64,000 nt of DNA from an uncultured Spirochaetales bacterium (lineage in GTDB: Bacteria > Myxococcota_A > UBA9160 > UBA6930): NCBI GenBank assembly GCA_964615365.1, contig CAZTOU010000016.1, positions 28,277 through 92,276 on the forward strand, in the 5' to 3' direction. Shown here one piece after another: positions 19,270-27,971 of this stretch (its first letter is position 1; each line of letters starts with the position of its first letter). Below the pieces are notes generated by a model, which saw only the letters and a program-made list of their open reading frames with translations, did no database searches and was not told the origin of the DNA. Made by a program: the position numbers and the translations under genes.

Positions 19270-19781
19270 ATGGCCCACCACACACGATTCCTGCTCGCCA
19301 TCGCCTGTTGTGCGCAGCTCGTGATCCATGCCTTGCCGGTCGGCGCCGACTTCGGTGAACCCATCGCGAGGTCGGGGAGCTGGTCCCTTCACCGTGCACT
19401 TCATGCGGTCACCGACGAGCCGAGCTGTGTGGCGATCTACAAGGATCGCTTCGAGATCCAGCTAGATGAGAACGACCTCTTCATCAACGTTCGCGAACGG
19501 GGAGGCGTGTCTTCCGATTCGACGACAGGCCTGCCAGGGAGGCGCGACCGGCGTCCGAGTCGGAGAGGAGGATGCGTTCCGTCAATCTTCACGGGCCGGA
19601 GTTCGAGGAGCTCCTGTCCTCGAAGCGGCTCAGGTTGCGGATTCGGACGCCCGACGGGGCCATCATCGAGGAGGACCTCGATCTCGACGGTGTAAAGGAA
19701 GTGCAGCGCGAGTTCCTGCGCTCGCCGTGCGGTGAGCCGCCGAAATGCAGCTTCCTCGCCCGGCTGGGGGGTTGGTGCTGA
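19270..19781 (+). pseudogene. Secreted hypothetical protein read in two frames (apparent -1 shift near GGGG run 19499-19502), or two overlapping ORFs
   Basis: Frame 1 gives a signal peptide 'FLLAIACCAQLVIHALP' plus 'EPSCVAIYKDRFEIQLDENDLFINVRERG'. From about 19500, high GC3 and homology to the 28.8-kb copy continue in frame 0 ('RVFRFDD...EFEELLSSKRLRLRIRTPDGAIIEEDLDLDGVKEVQREFLRSPCGEPP'). A frame-0 stop lies at 19467-19469. Confidence 0.45.
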
Positions 19782-19813
19782 TCTCGCCGGAATGGCTCGC
19801 GCGGCCAAGAGAG

Positions 19814-21583
19814 TCACGCTCCCGTGTCGAAGAGCGTATGCCGGTAGAGGTCTGAGAAGAGCCCGCCCGCCTCCCGCAGCGAGGCGAAGGTGCCGCGCTC
19901 GACGAGCCGTCCAGCGTCGAGCACCAGCACCTTGTCCGCGCGCTGGACCGTGGCGAGTCGGTGGGCGATCACCAGCGTGGTACGACCCACCCGCGCCCGC
20001 TCGATCCCGGCGACGACCTGAGCCTCGGTCTCCAGATCGAGCGCCGAGGTAGGCTCGTCGAGGAGGAGGATGCGGGGGTCCCGCACCAGCGCCCTCGCGA
20101 GCGTTACGCGCTGGGCCTCGCCTTGGGAGAGCACGTGACCGCCGCTGCCCAGCTCGGTGGCGAGGCCCTGCGGGAGGCGCTCGGCGAAGCTCGTGACTCC
20201 CGCGATCTCTGCGGCGCGCTGCACTTCCTGGGGGCTCGCCGCGGGACGACCGTAGCGGATGTTGTCGGCCACGCTCAGCGGGAAGAGGAAAGGCGACTGG
20301 GGCACGAAGCCGATCTGGTCCCGCAGACTCTGGAGGCGGATCCGGCGCAGGTTCTTCCCGTCGAGGAGCACGCTTCCCGCGGTCGGATCGTAGAAGCGGG
20401 GGATCAGACTCATCACCGTGCTCTTGCCCGCGCCGGAGGGTCCCACCAGCGCCACCAGCGAGCCCGGCTCCACCTCGAAGTCCACCTCCTCGAGCGCGAG
20501 CCGGTCGGCCTGGGTGGGATAGCGGAACGAGACCCGCTCGAAGCGCAGGCCGCCCGAGACGTCATGGAGATTCCGGGCGCGGCGCGTGTCCCGAACCTCG
20601 GGCTCGCTGTCGAGCACTTCCAACACCCGGCGGGCGCCGGCCGACGACTCCTGCACCACGCCGAGCGCCTTCGAGATCGAGTCGACCGGGGAATAGAGGG
20701 CAGCGAGATAGCTGACGAAGACGAGCAGGTCGCCGACGGTGACCCTCCCGGCCAGCCCGAGCAGACCACCGGCGTAGAGGACCGCGGCGGTTCCGAGCGC
20801 CAGCACGACGCTCACGGCCCCCGCGTAGCCCGTCTGCACCAGGTAGAGCCGGAACGCGGAGGCCAGCGCCCGCGCCGACGCCCGCATCACCTGGGCCCGC
20901 TCGGCGGCCTCCGCCGTGAAGGCCTTGACGATGTGGATCCCATCCAAGTCGCGCTGGGTCTCCTCGAGGAGATGGCTCTCCCGCTCGCTCATCTCGGTGG
21001 CGATCGTCGCGATACGGGCCGAGAGCAGGCGAATCGTCAGGTAGAGGAACGGGGCGACGGCGAAGAAGATCGCCGCGAGCAAGAGGTTCATGCGCAGCAT
21101 CACCACGCTGATGACCACGAGCAGGACGCCGGCACTCAGCAAGGGGAGGAAGCCGTTCAGCGCAAGGGACTGGGCAGCGAAGGTGTCGAAGGTGACGCGA
21201 TAGGCGAGATCCGTCCCGGGCCGGCGGCCGAAGAAGCCGAGTGACTGGCCGTAGAGGTGGGTCAGCATGTCGTTGCGCAGCGCGCTGACCATGCGCTGGC
21301 CGATGCGGACGGTGAGCAGGTTCTGGAGCAGTGCGACGCCGGACAGGGCGACCTGGATCAGGACGACCGCGAGGCAGGCGAGGAGCAGAAGCTGCGGCTT
21401 GCCCACCGAGTCGAGCCAGGAGCTGCCGAGCGACTCGGCTCCGAGCACGCGATCGACGATGATCTTCAGCGGCCACGGCTTCGCGGCCTCGAGAGCCGCG
21501 AGAAGACCGACGAAGACCAGGGCCAGCGCGAACCCGGCGCGATGGGGCTGGAGGTAGCGGAGGATCCTGCGGACGGGGCTCAT
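19814..21583 (-). CDS. ABC exporter, fused permease/ATPase (MsbA-like type I exporter)
   Basis: 589-aa ORF with six N-terminal TM helices, Walker A 'GPSGAGKST', signature 'LSQGEAQR' and Walker B 'LLLDEPTSALD'. Confidence 0.9.
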   Translation of the reverse strand: MSPVRRILRYLQPHRAGFALALVFVGLLAALEAAKPWPLKIIVDRVLGAESLGSSWLDSVGKPQLLLLACLAVVLIQVALSGVALLQNLLTVRIGQRMVSALRNDMLTHLYGQSLGFFGRRPGTDLAYRVTFDTFAAQSLALNGFLPLLSAGVLLVVISVVMLRMNLLLAAIFFAVAPFLYLTIRLLSARIATIATEMSERESHLLEETQRDLDGIHIVKAFTAEAAERAQVMRASARALASAFRLYLVQTGYAGAVSVVLALGTAAVLYAGGLLGLAGRVTVGDLLVFVSYLAALYSPVDSISKALGVVQESSAGARRVLEVLDSEPEVRDTRRARNLHDVSGGLRFERVSFRYPTQADRLALEEVDFEVEPGSLVALVGPSGAGKSTVMSLIPRFYDPTAGSVLLDGKNLRRIRLQSLRDQIGFVPQSPFLFPLSVADNIRYGRPAASPQEVQRAAEIAGVTSFAERLPQGLATELGSGGHVLSQGEAQRVTLARALVRDPRILLLDEPTSALDLETEAQVVAGIERARVGRTTLVIAHRLATVQRADKVLVLDAGRLVERGTFASLREAGGLFSDLYRHTLFDTGA

Positions 21584-24093
21584 GGCGCACTTCGCAGCGG
21601 ATCCAGCGGAAGCGCACGGGCCGCGTTCTCGGTGGCGTGGTGGAGCACGCGCGCGAGCCGGTGTCGCTGCCGGACTCCGACGCCCTCGCTGAACGCGAGC
21701 CCGCCCGCGAGAACGGCCGCGACGCCCCCGAGCCCGCCAAGTGCGGCGAACGCTGCTCCCAGCAGCAGGCCGCCGGCCACCATCCTGGCGAAGCGCGTCC
21801 TCCGCACGCGCACCCCGACGTCGAGCTGACGCCGTCGCTCACCGTGGTCCTGCACCAGCAGCTTCACCTCGGCGCGCGCCCAGACGCCGTGGTTCACCAC
21901 GAAGTCCCAGGGCTGCCAGCCGTCGTCGTGCACGATGGCGTACTGCCGTGGACGCAGGTAGTCGACGAGGGCGCTGATGCAGCGCTCCTTTTCGATGGCG
22001 GTCTCGTTCCAGAAGGAGAGATCGAAGGCCCGGCGGCGCCATCCCAGGGTCGTCGGCATCCCGGCCACCGGAACCGGAATACGCTCGGCCCGACGCAGCC
22101 CCGCCACACGAGTGCGGTAGCGCTCGATCGCGCGGAGCACGGGCCCCAGGTAGGTGAGACCGGCGATCAGGCTCCGCGCCTTCCACGCCGGTGCGGGCAC
22201 GTCCTGGACGTCCGCCGCGAGGGCGCGGCGGGTCGCCCAGGCGACCGACGTGGCGGCGAGCGCCGCCCCGAGCCAGCCTAGCTCGACGAGAGAGCCCCCG
22301 AGCAGGGGCGCACCGGCGGCGGCGAGCAGCAGCAGCAGGGCCAGCGCGCTCCACTCGAGGGTGCCGGGCAGCTGTCGAAGCGCCGAGCCCGGCGTCTCGT
22401 AGAGGGTCTGGAAGAGACCGCTTCCGAAGGGCCCTGCGTAGATCACCGGCCGCGGGGCAAACCCCGCCGCCCCGTCCCCGGCGTAGATGCGCCCGAGCCA
22501 GCGCGAGCTTCCCATGGCATCGAAGCGCCAGGGGTGCTTGAACGAGAGGAGACCCTCGGCGTGGCCGTAGCCGCGCTGCTGCTCCAGATAGGCCGAGACG
22601 GTCCTGGGACGGCGATGCCACACCAGTGCCGCGGCGGCGAAGCCGAGACGATGGCCCTCGTCCTGGAGCCGCCAGCAGATGTCCACGTCGTCTCCCGCTT
22701 CGCGGAAGACGGGATCGAAGAGGCCCACCTCGAGCAGGGCCTCGCGCCAGAAGGCCATGTTGCAGCCCGGCAGATGCTCGGCGTCGCGGTCGGTCAGGAG
22801 CACGTGGCTGGGCGCGCCCGGCGAGCGCGCGACGACCTCGGGAACCCAGTGGTCCTCGCGCGGAGACAGGTTCGGCCCACCCACCGCGGCGAAGTCCTGG
22901 GAGAGGAGGCGTCGAACGAGGAAGGTGAGCCAGTCGGGATCGGCCAGGCAGTCCGCGTCAGTGAAGGCGACGATGTCGCCGGTGGCCTCGCGGATTCCGT
23001 CGTTCCGCGCCTCCGAGAGACCGCGGTTCTCATGGGAGATCAGCCGGAACTCGGTGAAGGCCTCGGCGATGGCGCGGGTGCCATCGGTCGAACCGTCGTC
23101 GACGACCACGACCTCGTAGTTCGGGTAGCGGAGCTTTCGGAGAGACTCGAGACACGGGCGCAGGGTGGCCTCTGCGTTATAGGCGCAAATCACCACCGTG
23201 GCGAGCGGCGCCGGGTCCGGGAGCGGGGGACTCGGCGACCGGAAGATCTCCCGGAGGGCCGTGTAGACCGGCTTGGGCGACCGGACGCGATCGACCAGGC
23301 CGAACCGCCAATCCTCGACCTCGTGGCCCCCAGCGTGCCACTCATCGGTGAGCGCAAAGGCCACCGCCCCGGCGAGGCCCAGCTCCGCCGCCGCTCGGGC
23401 GGTACCCGCTACGATGCGCGCTTGTACCTCGTCGCCCTCCCCCAGCGAGTCGACGCCGAACTCGGAGAGGACCAGCGGCTTGAAGCTGGCGAGATTCTGG
23501 AGCCGCGTCAGGTAGCTGCGGAGCGCCGCGTCGTCGTGCAGGAAGACGTTGAGGGACACGAAGTCCAGGAAGTCGAGCTCCAGGTACTCCGTCATGGGGA
23601 AGCTTGCGTAGGACACCAGAGTCTCGGGCGCGGTCTGGCGAACCTCGTCCGCGAGTCGCGCCAGGAAGTGACAGACGCGAGCCGACCCGTACCAGCGCAA
23701 GATCTGAGGCGAGATCTCGTTGCCGATCAGCATGCCGAGCACGTTTGGCGCGTCGCGAAGGGAGAGCGCCGCACGCCGCACCGAGGCGCGGATCTCGGCG
23801 CGCGTGTGCTCGCCGTCCAGGAAGCGGACGTGCTGCGCCCAGGGTAGCCCCACCAGCAGGCGCAGGCCGGCGGAGGCTGCGAGATCGACGAACCACGAGG
23901 GAGGCGGCTTGTAGACGCGAACGGTGTTGGCCCCGAGCTCGCAGACGAGAGCGAGGTCGCGCTCGACGACCTCCTTCTCCGGGAGGAACTCGCCGGCCCG
24001 GTTGGGTCGGAAGGGCCCATAGGAAACGCCGCGCAGCCAGAACCTGCGGCCGCCCTCGGTGAAGAACATGCCGTCCGGCCGGATCCGTTCCAT
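21580..24093 (-). CDS. Fused glycoside-hydrolase-like TIM-barrel / family-2 glycosyltransferase membrane protein
   Basis: 837-aa ORF. The N-terminal ~290 aa are GH-like ('FWLRGVSYGPF', 'GANTVRVY', 'IGNEI', 'LSEFG'). GT2 core 'VVICAYNAEATL...VVVVDDGSTDGT', 'FTDADC' and 'GCNMAFWREAL'. C-terminal TM helices. Its stop overlaps the ABC exporter start as ATGA. Confidence 0.8.
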   Translation of the reverse strand: MERIRPDGMFFTEGGRRFWLRGVSYGPFRPNRAGEFLPEKEVVERDLALVCELGANTVRVYKPPPSWFVDLAASAGLRLLVGLPWAQHVRFLDGEHTRAEIRASVRRAALSLRDAPNVLGMLIGNEISPQILRWYGSARVCHFLARLADEVRQTAPETLVSYASFPMTEYLELDFLDFVSLNVFLHDDAALRSYLTRLQNLASFKPLVLSEFGVDSLGEGDEVQARIVAGTARAAAELGLAGAVAFALTDEWHAGGHEVEDWRFGLVDRVRSPKPVYTALREIFRSPSPPLPDPAPLATVVICAYNAEATLRPCLESLRKLRYPNYEVVVVDDGSTDGTRAIAEAFTEFRLISHENRGLSEARNDGIREATGDIVAFTDADCLADPDWLTFLVRRLLSQDFAAVGGPNLSPREDHWVPEVVARSPGAPSHVLLTDRDAEHLPGCNMAFWREALLEVGLFDPVFREAGDDVDICWRLQDEGHRLGFAAAALVWHRRPRTVSAYLEQQRGYGHAEGLLSFKHPWRFDAMGSSRWLGRIYAGDGAAGFAPRPVIYAGPFGSGLFQTLYETPGSALRQLPGTLEWSALALLLLLAAAGAPLLGGSLVELGWLGAALAATSVAWATRRALAADVQDVPAPAWKARSLIAGLTYLGPVLRAIERYRTRVAGLRRAERIPVPVAGMPTTLGWRRRAFDLSFWNETAIEKERCISALVDYLRPRQYAIVHDDGWQPWDFVVNHGVWARAEVKLLVQDHGERRRQLDVGVRVRRTRFARMVAGGLLLGAAFAALGGLGGVAAVLAGGLAFSEGVGVRQRHRLARVLHHATENAARALPLDPLRSAP

Positions 24094-24119
24094 GGGTCCT
24101 CGCGGGCCGCCGCGCGGCC

Positions 24120-24962
24120 TCAGTCGCGTCCTTCGCCGAGCTGTTCGTCGACGCGCACCCGCGCGGCCTCGTCCCCGAGGAAATCGTACCCGCGGCGCGC
24201 CTGCTCGAAATGCCCCCGCGCAGCTTCGGGGTCGCCGCGGGAGCGGAAGAGGACGCCGAGTTCTTCGTGGCTACGGGCCAGCCCTTCCGGATCGTCGAGC
24301 GCGCGGAACGCACCCAACGCCTGCTCCAAGGTCTCCTCGGCGAGCACCGGGGAGCCGAAGCGTCGGTACGCACGACCGAGGTGCAGGTGGCCCGCGGCCC
24401 GCGTGCGCGGGTCGACGCCGTCGGCCACCGACCTGAGTAGTGCGATCACCCGCTCCCGGTCCGCGGCGTCCTCCCGGGCGAGAAGGTAGGAGGCGAGATC
24501 GATCTCGAGGGACGAACGCAGGAGATCTGCGCCTCCGGCAAGCGAAAGGGCCCGCTCCGTCTCCTGGATGGCGCGCGCCAACTCTCCCCGCGCCGCGTGG
24601 CAACGAGCCAGCCCGGCGAGATCCCGCGCCTGGGCAGTCGGCCGGTCGCCGAGGCGATCGAGCGCCAGTGCGCGCTCGAAGGCGGCGGCGGCATCGGCGA
24701 GCTCGCCCGCCCGTCGGAGCGCCTCCCCCTGGTTCCGGAGCGCGGTGGCCTCGGCAGGCGGATCGTCGAGAACGCCGTAGAGTTCCGCCGCGCGCGCGAA
24801 GGAACCGGCAGCCGCCTCGTGGTGGCGCCCGGCGAAACGCCGGCTGCCCGTCTCGGCCGCCCTGGCCGCCTCCCCACGCAGCGGACTCGTCGGCGCCGGC
24901 GGCTCGGAGGCGCAGGCCAGAAGGAGCGAGACGCTGCAGACGAGCGCCGTCCCCCGGATCAC
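24120..24962 (-). CDS. TPR-repeat lipoprotein
   Basis: GTG 24962 overlaps the mlaD-like stop as GTGA. Lipobox 'SLLLAC'. Repeated Ala/Leu/Arg-rich TPR-like helices. The upstream part of track ORF 24120..26120 is shadow sequence. Confidence 0.7.
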   Translation of the reverse strand: MIRGTALVCSVSLLLACASEPPAPTSPLRGEAARAAETGSRRFAGRHHEAAAGSFARAAELYGVLDDPPAEATALRNQGEALRRAGELADAAAAFERALALDRLGDRPTAQARDLAGLARCHAARGELARAIQETERALSLAGGADLLRSSLEIDLASYLLAREDAADRERVIALLRSVADGVDPRTRAAGHLHLGRAYRRFGSPVLAEETLEQALGAFRALDDPEGLARSHEELGVLFRSRGDPEAARGHFEQARRGYDFLGDEAARVRVDEQLGEGRD

Positions 24963-25993
24963 GGTGCGACCTCCCCGGGAGGTGCGAGCAGGGGGTCGTC
25001 GATCGTCTCGGAAACGGGTACCGGCGAATCCTCGAAGGTGCCCCGGAGCAGCCAGTGGCGCTTCAGACCCTGCACGAGATCGTCGGTCTCGGTCACCAGG
25101 CTCGAGATTTCGTCGAGGATGTGATCGTTGCCTTCCACCTGCTCGCGAAGGCTGCCCGTCATTGCCGCGACGTTCGCCAGGGTCTCGTTCAGCGCTTCCA
25201 GTTCGGCATTGAGGGTGGCCAGAGTCGTGTCGAGGCCTTCGCGCAGCTCCGGCGTCAGCAGCCACTCGCCGAGCGATCCCTCGGGGTCCGTCAGATGCCC
25301 CGTGATCTCCCGGATGTTCGCGACGACCGGCCGCGCCTCCTCGGCGAGCGCGCCCGCAGTGTCCAGTGTCGCGTCGGCGCTCGTCAGCACCTCCTCCACC
25401 GCGTCCAGGATCTCCGGGAGCCTCGTCTCGAGCGAGCCCAGCAGGGCCTCCGCTCGCTCCGTGAGCGCGGGCTCCTCGAGGGGCTCCAGGAACACGCCCT
25501 TCGGCGAGTCCTCGAGGGCCACCACCTCCCCGGCCACGAGGATCCTCTCGACGCGACCGTCTTGCTCGTAGACCGTCGGCTCTCCCTCGATCCCCTTCGT
25601 GACCTCGAGCAGACGGCCTCCGAGGAGATCGCCGGAGCCGATGCGAACCTTGGAGTCCGTCCAGAGGTACCCGTAGTAGGGGCTGCGCACGTCGAACGCC
25701 ACGAAGACGCTGTAGTAGGAGTTGGGCGGCTGGGCCTCGATCTGGGTGATCTCTCCGACGCTGAACCCCATCAGGAAGATGGGATCGCCCACCTGCAGGC
25801 CGCCTGCGCTCTTCACGAACGTGAAGTAGGGCGCCGTGGGCACGAACCAGCCTCGGCGCTCGGCGGTGTGATAGAGGTAGTAGAGGAACCCCACCAGCAC
25901 CAGCACGCCGGCCACCGCCACGAAGAGGCCGACGAGCCGCTCCATCCGCAAGAGGCGCGTGCGCAGCTGAGGACTGAGGTCTCCGAGCGGCAC
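24959..25993 (-). CDS. mlaD: MlaD/MCE-domain protein
   Basis: 344-aa ORF with an N-terminal TM helix ('LVGLFVAVAGVLVLVGFLYYL'), an MCE beta-barrel-like region ('GLQVGDPIFLMGFSVGEITQI') and a long helical C-terminus. Confidence 0.8.
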   Translation of the reverse strand: MPLGDLSPQLRTRLLRMERLVGLFVAVAGVLVLVGFLYYLYHTAERRGWFVPTAPYFTFVKSAGGLQVGDPIFLMGFSVGEITQIEAQPPNSYYSVFVAFDVRSPYYGYLWTDSKVRIGSGDLLGGRLLEVTKGIEGEPTVYEQDGRVERILVAGEVVALEDSPKGVFLEPLEEPALTERAEALLGSLETRLPEILDAVEEVLTSADATLDTAGALAEEARPVVANIREITGHLTDPEGSLGEWLLTPELREGLDTTLATLNAELEALNETLANVAAMTGSLREQVEGNDHILDEISSLVTETDDLVQGLKRHWLLRGTFEDSPVPVSETIDDPLLAPPGEVAP

Positions 25994-25996
25994 GCG

Positions 25997-26761
25997 TCAG
26001 GCCCCGACACTCGCCGCGGGACCGGTCGCAGCGGCCGCCACGGTTCGCGCCTCGGCCTCCTCGAGAGTCCGGAAGAACCCGTTGCCGAGCACGGCAAAGC
26101 GGTCCGCCCAGCCGAACCACGAGGAGAATTCGTAGCCGCTGGTCACGATGCTCATCCGTCCCTCCGTCACGTCCTCCCGCTCGGACAGGTCACGAAGAAA
26201 CAGGAGCCACCAGTGCCGCTCCTCGGGCCCGAGTCCGACGAGCGGCGCGTCGAGGAAGAGTAGCTCGACCGGCTCCGTGAGCGCGCGCGCAAGGGCCACC
26301 CGCCGCTGCGTGACCGTGGTGAGCCGGGCAGGGGCGGCATCGGCCCAGGCCTCGAGGCCGACCAGCGCCAACAGCTGGAGCGCCCGCTCCCGCGCCGCCT
26401 CGCGATCGCACTCGCGGTGGTACTGAAGGGGCAGCACCAGATTCTCGACGACGCTCATGTGGGTGAAAAGCCGCCCGCCCCCGTCGAAAACCATGCCGAC
26501 CCGGCGGCTCAGCGCGAGCCGATCGGACGCGGTGGCGCCCCAGTAGTCGCGCCCGAAGGCGCGCAGTGTGCCGGCGACGGGAGCGTTCAGGCCGGCACCG
26601 GTGCAGAGCAGCGACGTCTTCCCGCTACCAGGCCCGCCACACACCGCCCACCGTTCGCCGGGGCGCACGACCCAGTCGACCCCATGGACGATGGCAGTCT
26701 GCGGCTCCTCCTCGCAGGGCACCTCGACCCTGGCCAGCTCGATGTTCGGTGACTCACTCAC
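25997..26761 (-). CDS. MlaF-like ABC ATP-binding subunit with degenerate catalytic motifs
   Basis: Walker A 'GGPGSGKTS' is intact. The signature is 'LTTVTQRR', Walker B 'LLFLDAP' and D-loop 'GLGP', and there is no H-loop His ('IVTSGY'). GTG 26761 overlaps the mlaE stop as GTGA. Confidence 0.7.
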   Translation of the reverse strand: MSESPNIELARVEVPCEEEPQTAIVHGVDWVVRPGERWAVCGGPGSGKTSLLCTGAGLNAPVAGTLRAFGRDYWGATASDRLALSRRVGMVFDGGGRLFTHMSVVENLVLPLQYHRECDREAARERALQLLALVGLEAWADAAPARLTTVTQRRVALARALTEPVELLFLDAPLVGLGPEERHWWLLFLRDLSEREDVTEGRMSIVTSGYEFSSWFGWADRFAVLGNGFFRTLEEAEARTVAAAATGPAASVGA

Positions 26762-27600
26762 ACGAAGACGTATCCCACCAGGAAGAAGGCGTCGAGAATG
26801 ACGCAGGCCGTGAGGCTCTGGACGACGGCACGCGCCGTCACCTCCGCGACGTCGTCGAGGTCGAGGGACCGCGCGAGTCCCTGATAGCAGTTTACCACCG
26901 CGATGGCGGTGCCGAAGGTGAGCGTCTTCAGGCCGAGCAGCGCGAAATCCTGCCACAGGAGCGCGTCCCCGATCTGGCTCAGGTAGGTTCCCGGCTTGAG
27001 TGGAACCCCCTGCAGGAAGACGAAGAGGTAGCCGCTCACGAGCGCCGTCAGGATCAGGTAGACGGTGAGGCAGAAGACGGCCACCGCCAGGCCGATCATT
27101 CGGGGCATCACGAGATAGTGGATCGGATCGATTCCGAGCGACTCGAGCGCGCGGATCTCCCCGAGCGCCCGCAGCGTGCCGAGCTCGACGACGCTGGCCG
27201 TCCCGGCGCGTGCCAGCACGAGGATCGCGGTGATGAGTGGGCCGAGCTCTCGAACGACGACCGTGACCATGATCGTGCCCACGTACTGCTGCGCGCCGAG
27301 CCGCGTGAGAAGCGCGGTCGTCTGGGCGATGACGAGCAGGCCCAGCGCCGTGCCGAGGAGGGTAACCATCGGGACGAGGCGAACGCCCGCATTGCGAATC
27401 TGCGCCCGGATCAGCGGTCGCATGACCCGGCGCGGCGCATCCCGCCGGGTGAGCATGACGCTCAGCGAGATCAGGGCGAAAGCGCTGAGCGCGCGGCTCA
27501 GCCGAACGAAGTCCGCGACGCGCCGTCCCATGCGCTCCAGAAGGGAATCCGGGAGCTGTTCGAGCTGAGCGATCGTCACGGGTTTCGATGATACCCGCAC
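26758..27600 (-). CDS. mlaE: MlaE-family ABC permease
   Basis: 280-aa polytopic ORF. 'GPLITAILVLARAGTASVVELGTLRALGEIRALESLGIDP' is typical of MlaE/YrbE permeases. Confidence 0.85.
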   Translation of the reverse strand: MRVSSKPVTIAQLEQLPDSLLERMGRRVADFVRLSRALSAFALISLSVMLTRRDAPRRVMRPLIRAQIRNAGVRLVPMVTLLGTALGLLVIAQTTALLTRLGAQQYVGTIMVTVVVRELGPLITAILVLARAGTASVVELGTLRALGEIRALESLGIDPIHYLVMPRMIGLAVAVFCLTVYLILTALVSGYLFVFLQGVPLKPGTYLSQIGDALLWQDFALLGLKTLTFGTAIAVVNCYQGLARSLDLDDVAEVTARAVVQSLTACVILDAFFLVGYVFV

Positions 27601-27971
27601 GAAGAGGGATCAGCATCAGAGTGGGATGGCGACTGCGGGTAGTGACGTAAGTCCCCGGGATCACGAAGGTTGGCGCATCGTCTGCGTTCATCCCGACGCT
27701 CTTCCGGTGCGCGAAGGAGGTTGTCCGGATGGCCGGGTGCCGACGTTTCTTCCTGCTCTCGCGGTTGCCATCGTGCTGCTGTTGCTGGTGTTCACCAACT
27801 TCGACGGCGGCGTGACCTACTTCTTCCTGTACAACGATTTGTATCGTTGGCCTTTCCTATCATGACGAAGTACGGTGCTGTGACCGGAGGATACTCGCCA
27901 GCTCCGGGCTGAGGCTTTGCCTCGAAAAGAGCTTCTTGGTCGTAGCGGTTCGATAATGAGGTGACAATCAC

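Noticed and set aside
19572-19781. Treating the 69-aa ORF 'MRSVNLHGPEFEE...' as an independent gene
   Set aside because: This is not fully rejected, because it has a GGAGAGGAGG Shine-Dalgarno site. However, coding-like GC3 and protein-like sequence in the same frame extend about 70 nt upstream of its ATG to about 19500. I therefore report the locus as frameshifted or overlapping rather than as a clean small gene.
27626-27865. Possible small ORFs upstream of the dsbA-like gene: a 79-aa ORF, an internal 43-aa hydrophobic peptide 'PTFLPALAVAIVLLLLVF...' and a frame-shifted 28-aa Cys-rich peptide 'MAGCRRFFLLSRLPSCCCCWCSPTSTAA' with AAGGAGG 8 nt upstream of ATG 27729
   Set aside because: The Cys run and the Leu run are the same (CTG)n/(TGC)n stretch read in two frames. 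GC3 does not discriminate between the frames, and the 5' part of the 79-aa ORF has poor GC3. I cannot decide which peptide, if any, is real. The Cys-rich leader idea upstream of a thiol oxidoreductase is attractive but unsupported.
27840-27971. A locally AT-richer segment that might hide an ncRNA or riboswitch
   Set aside because: I found no conserved RNA motifs (tRNA T-loop, SRP, tmRNA, common riboswitch cores) and only a 5-bp GAGGC/GCCTC hairpin. It is more simply the dsbA-like promoter and 5' UTR.
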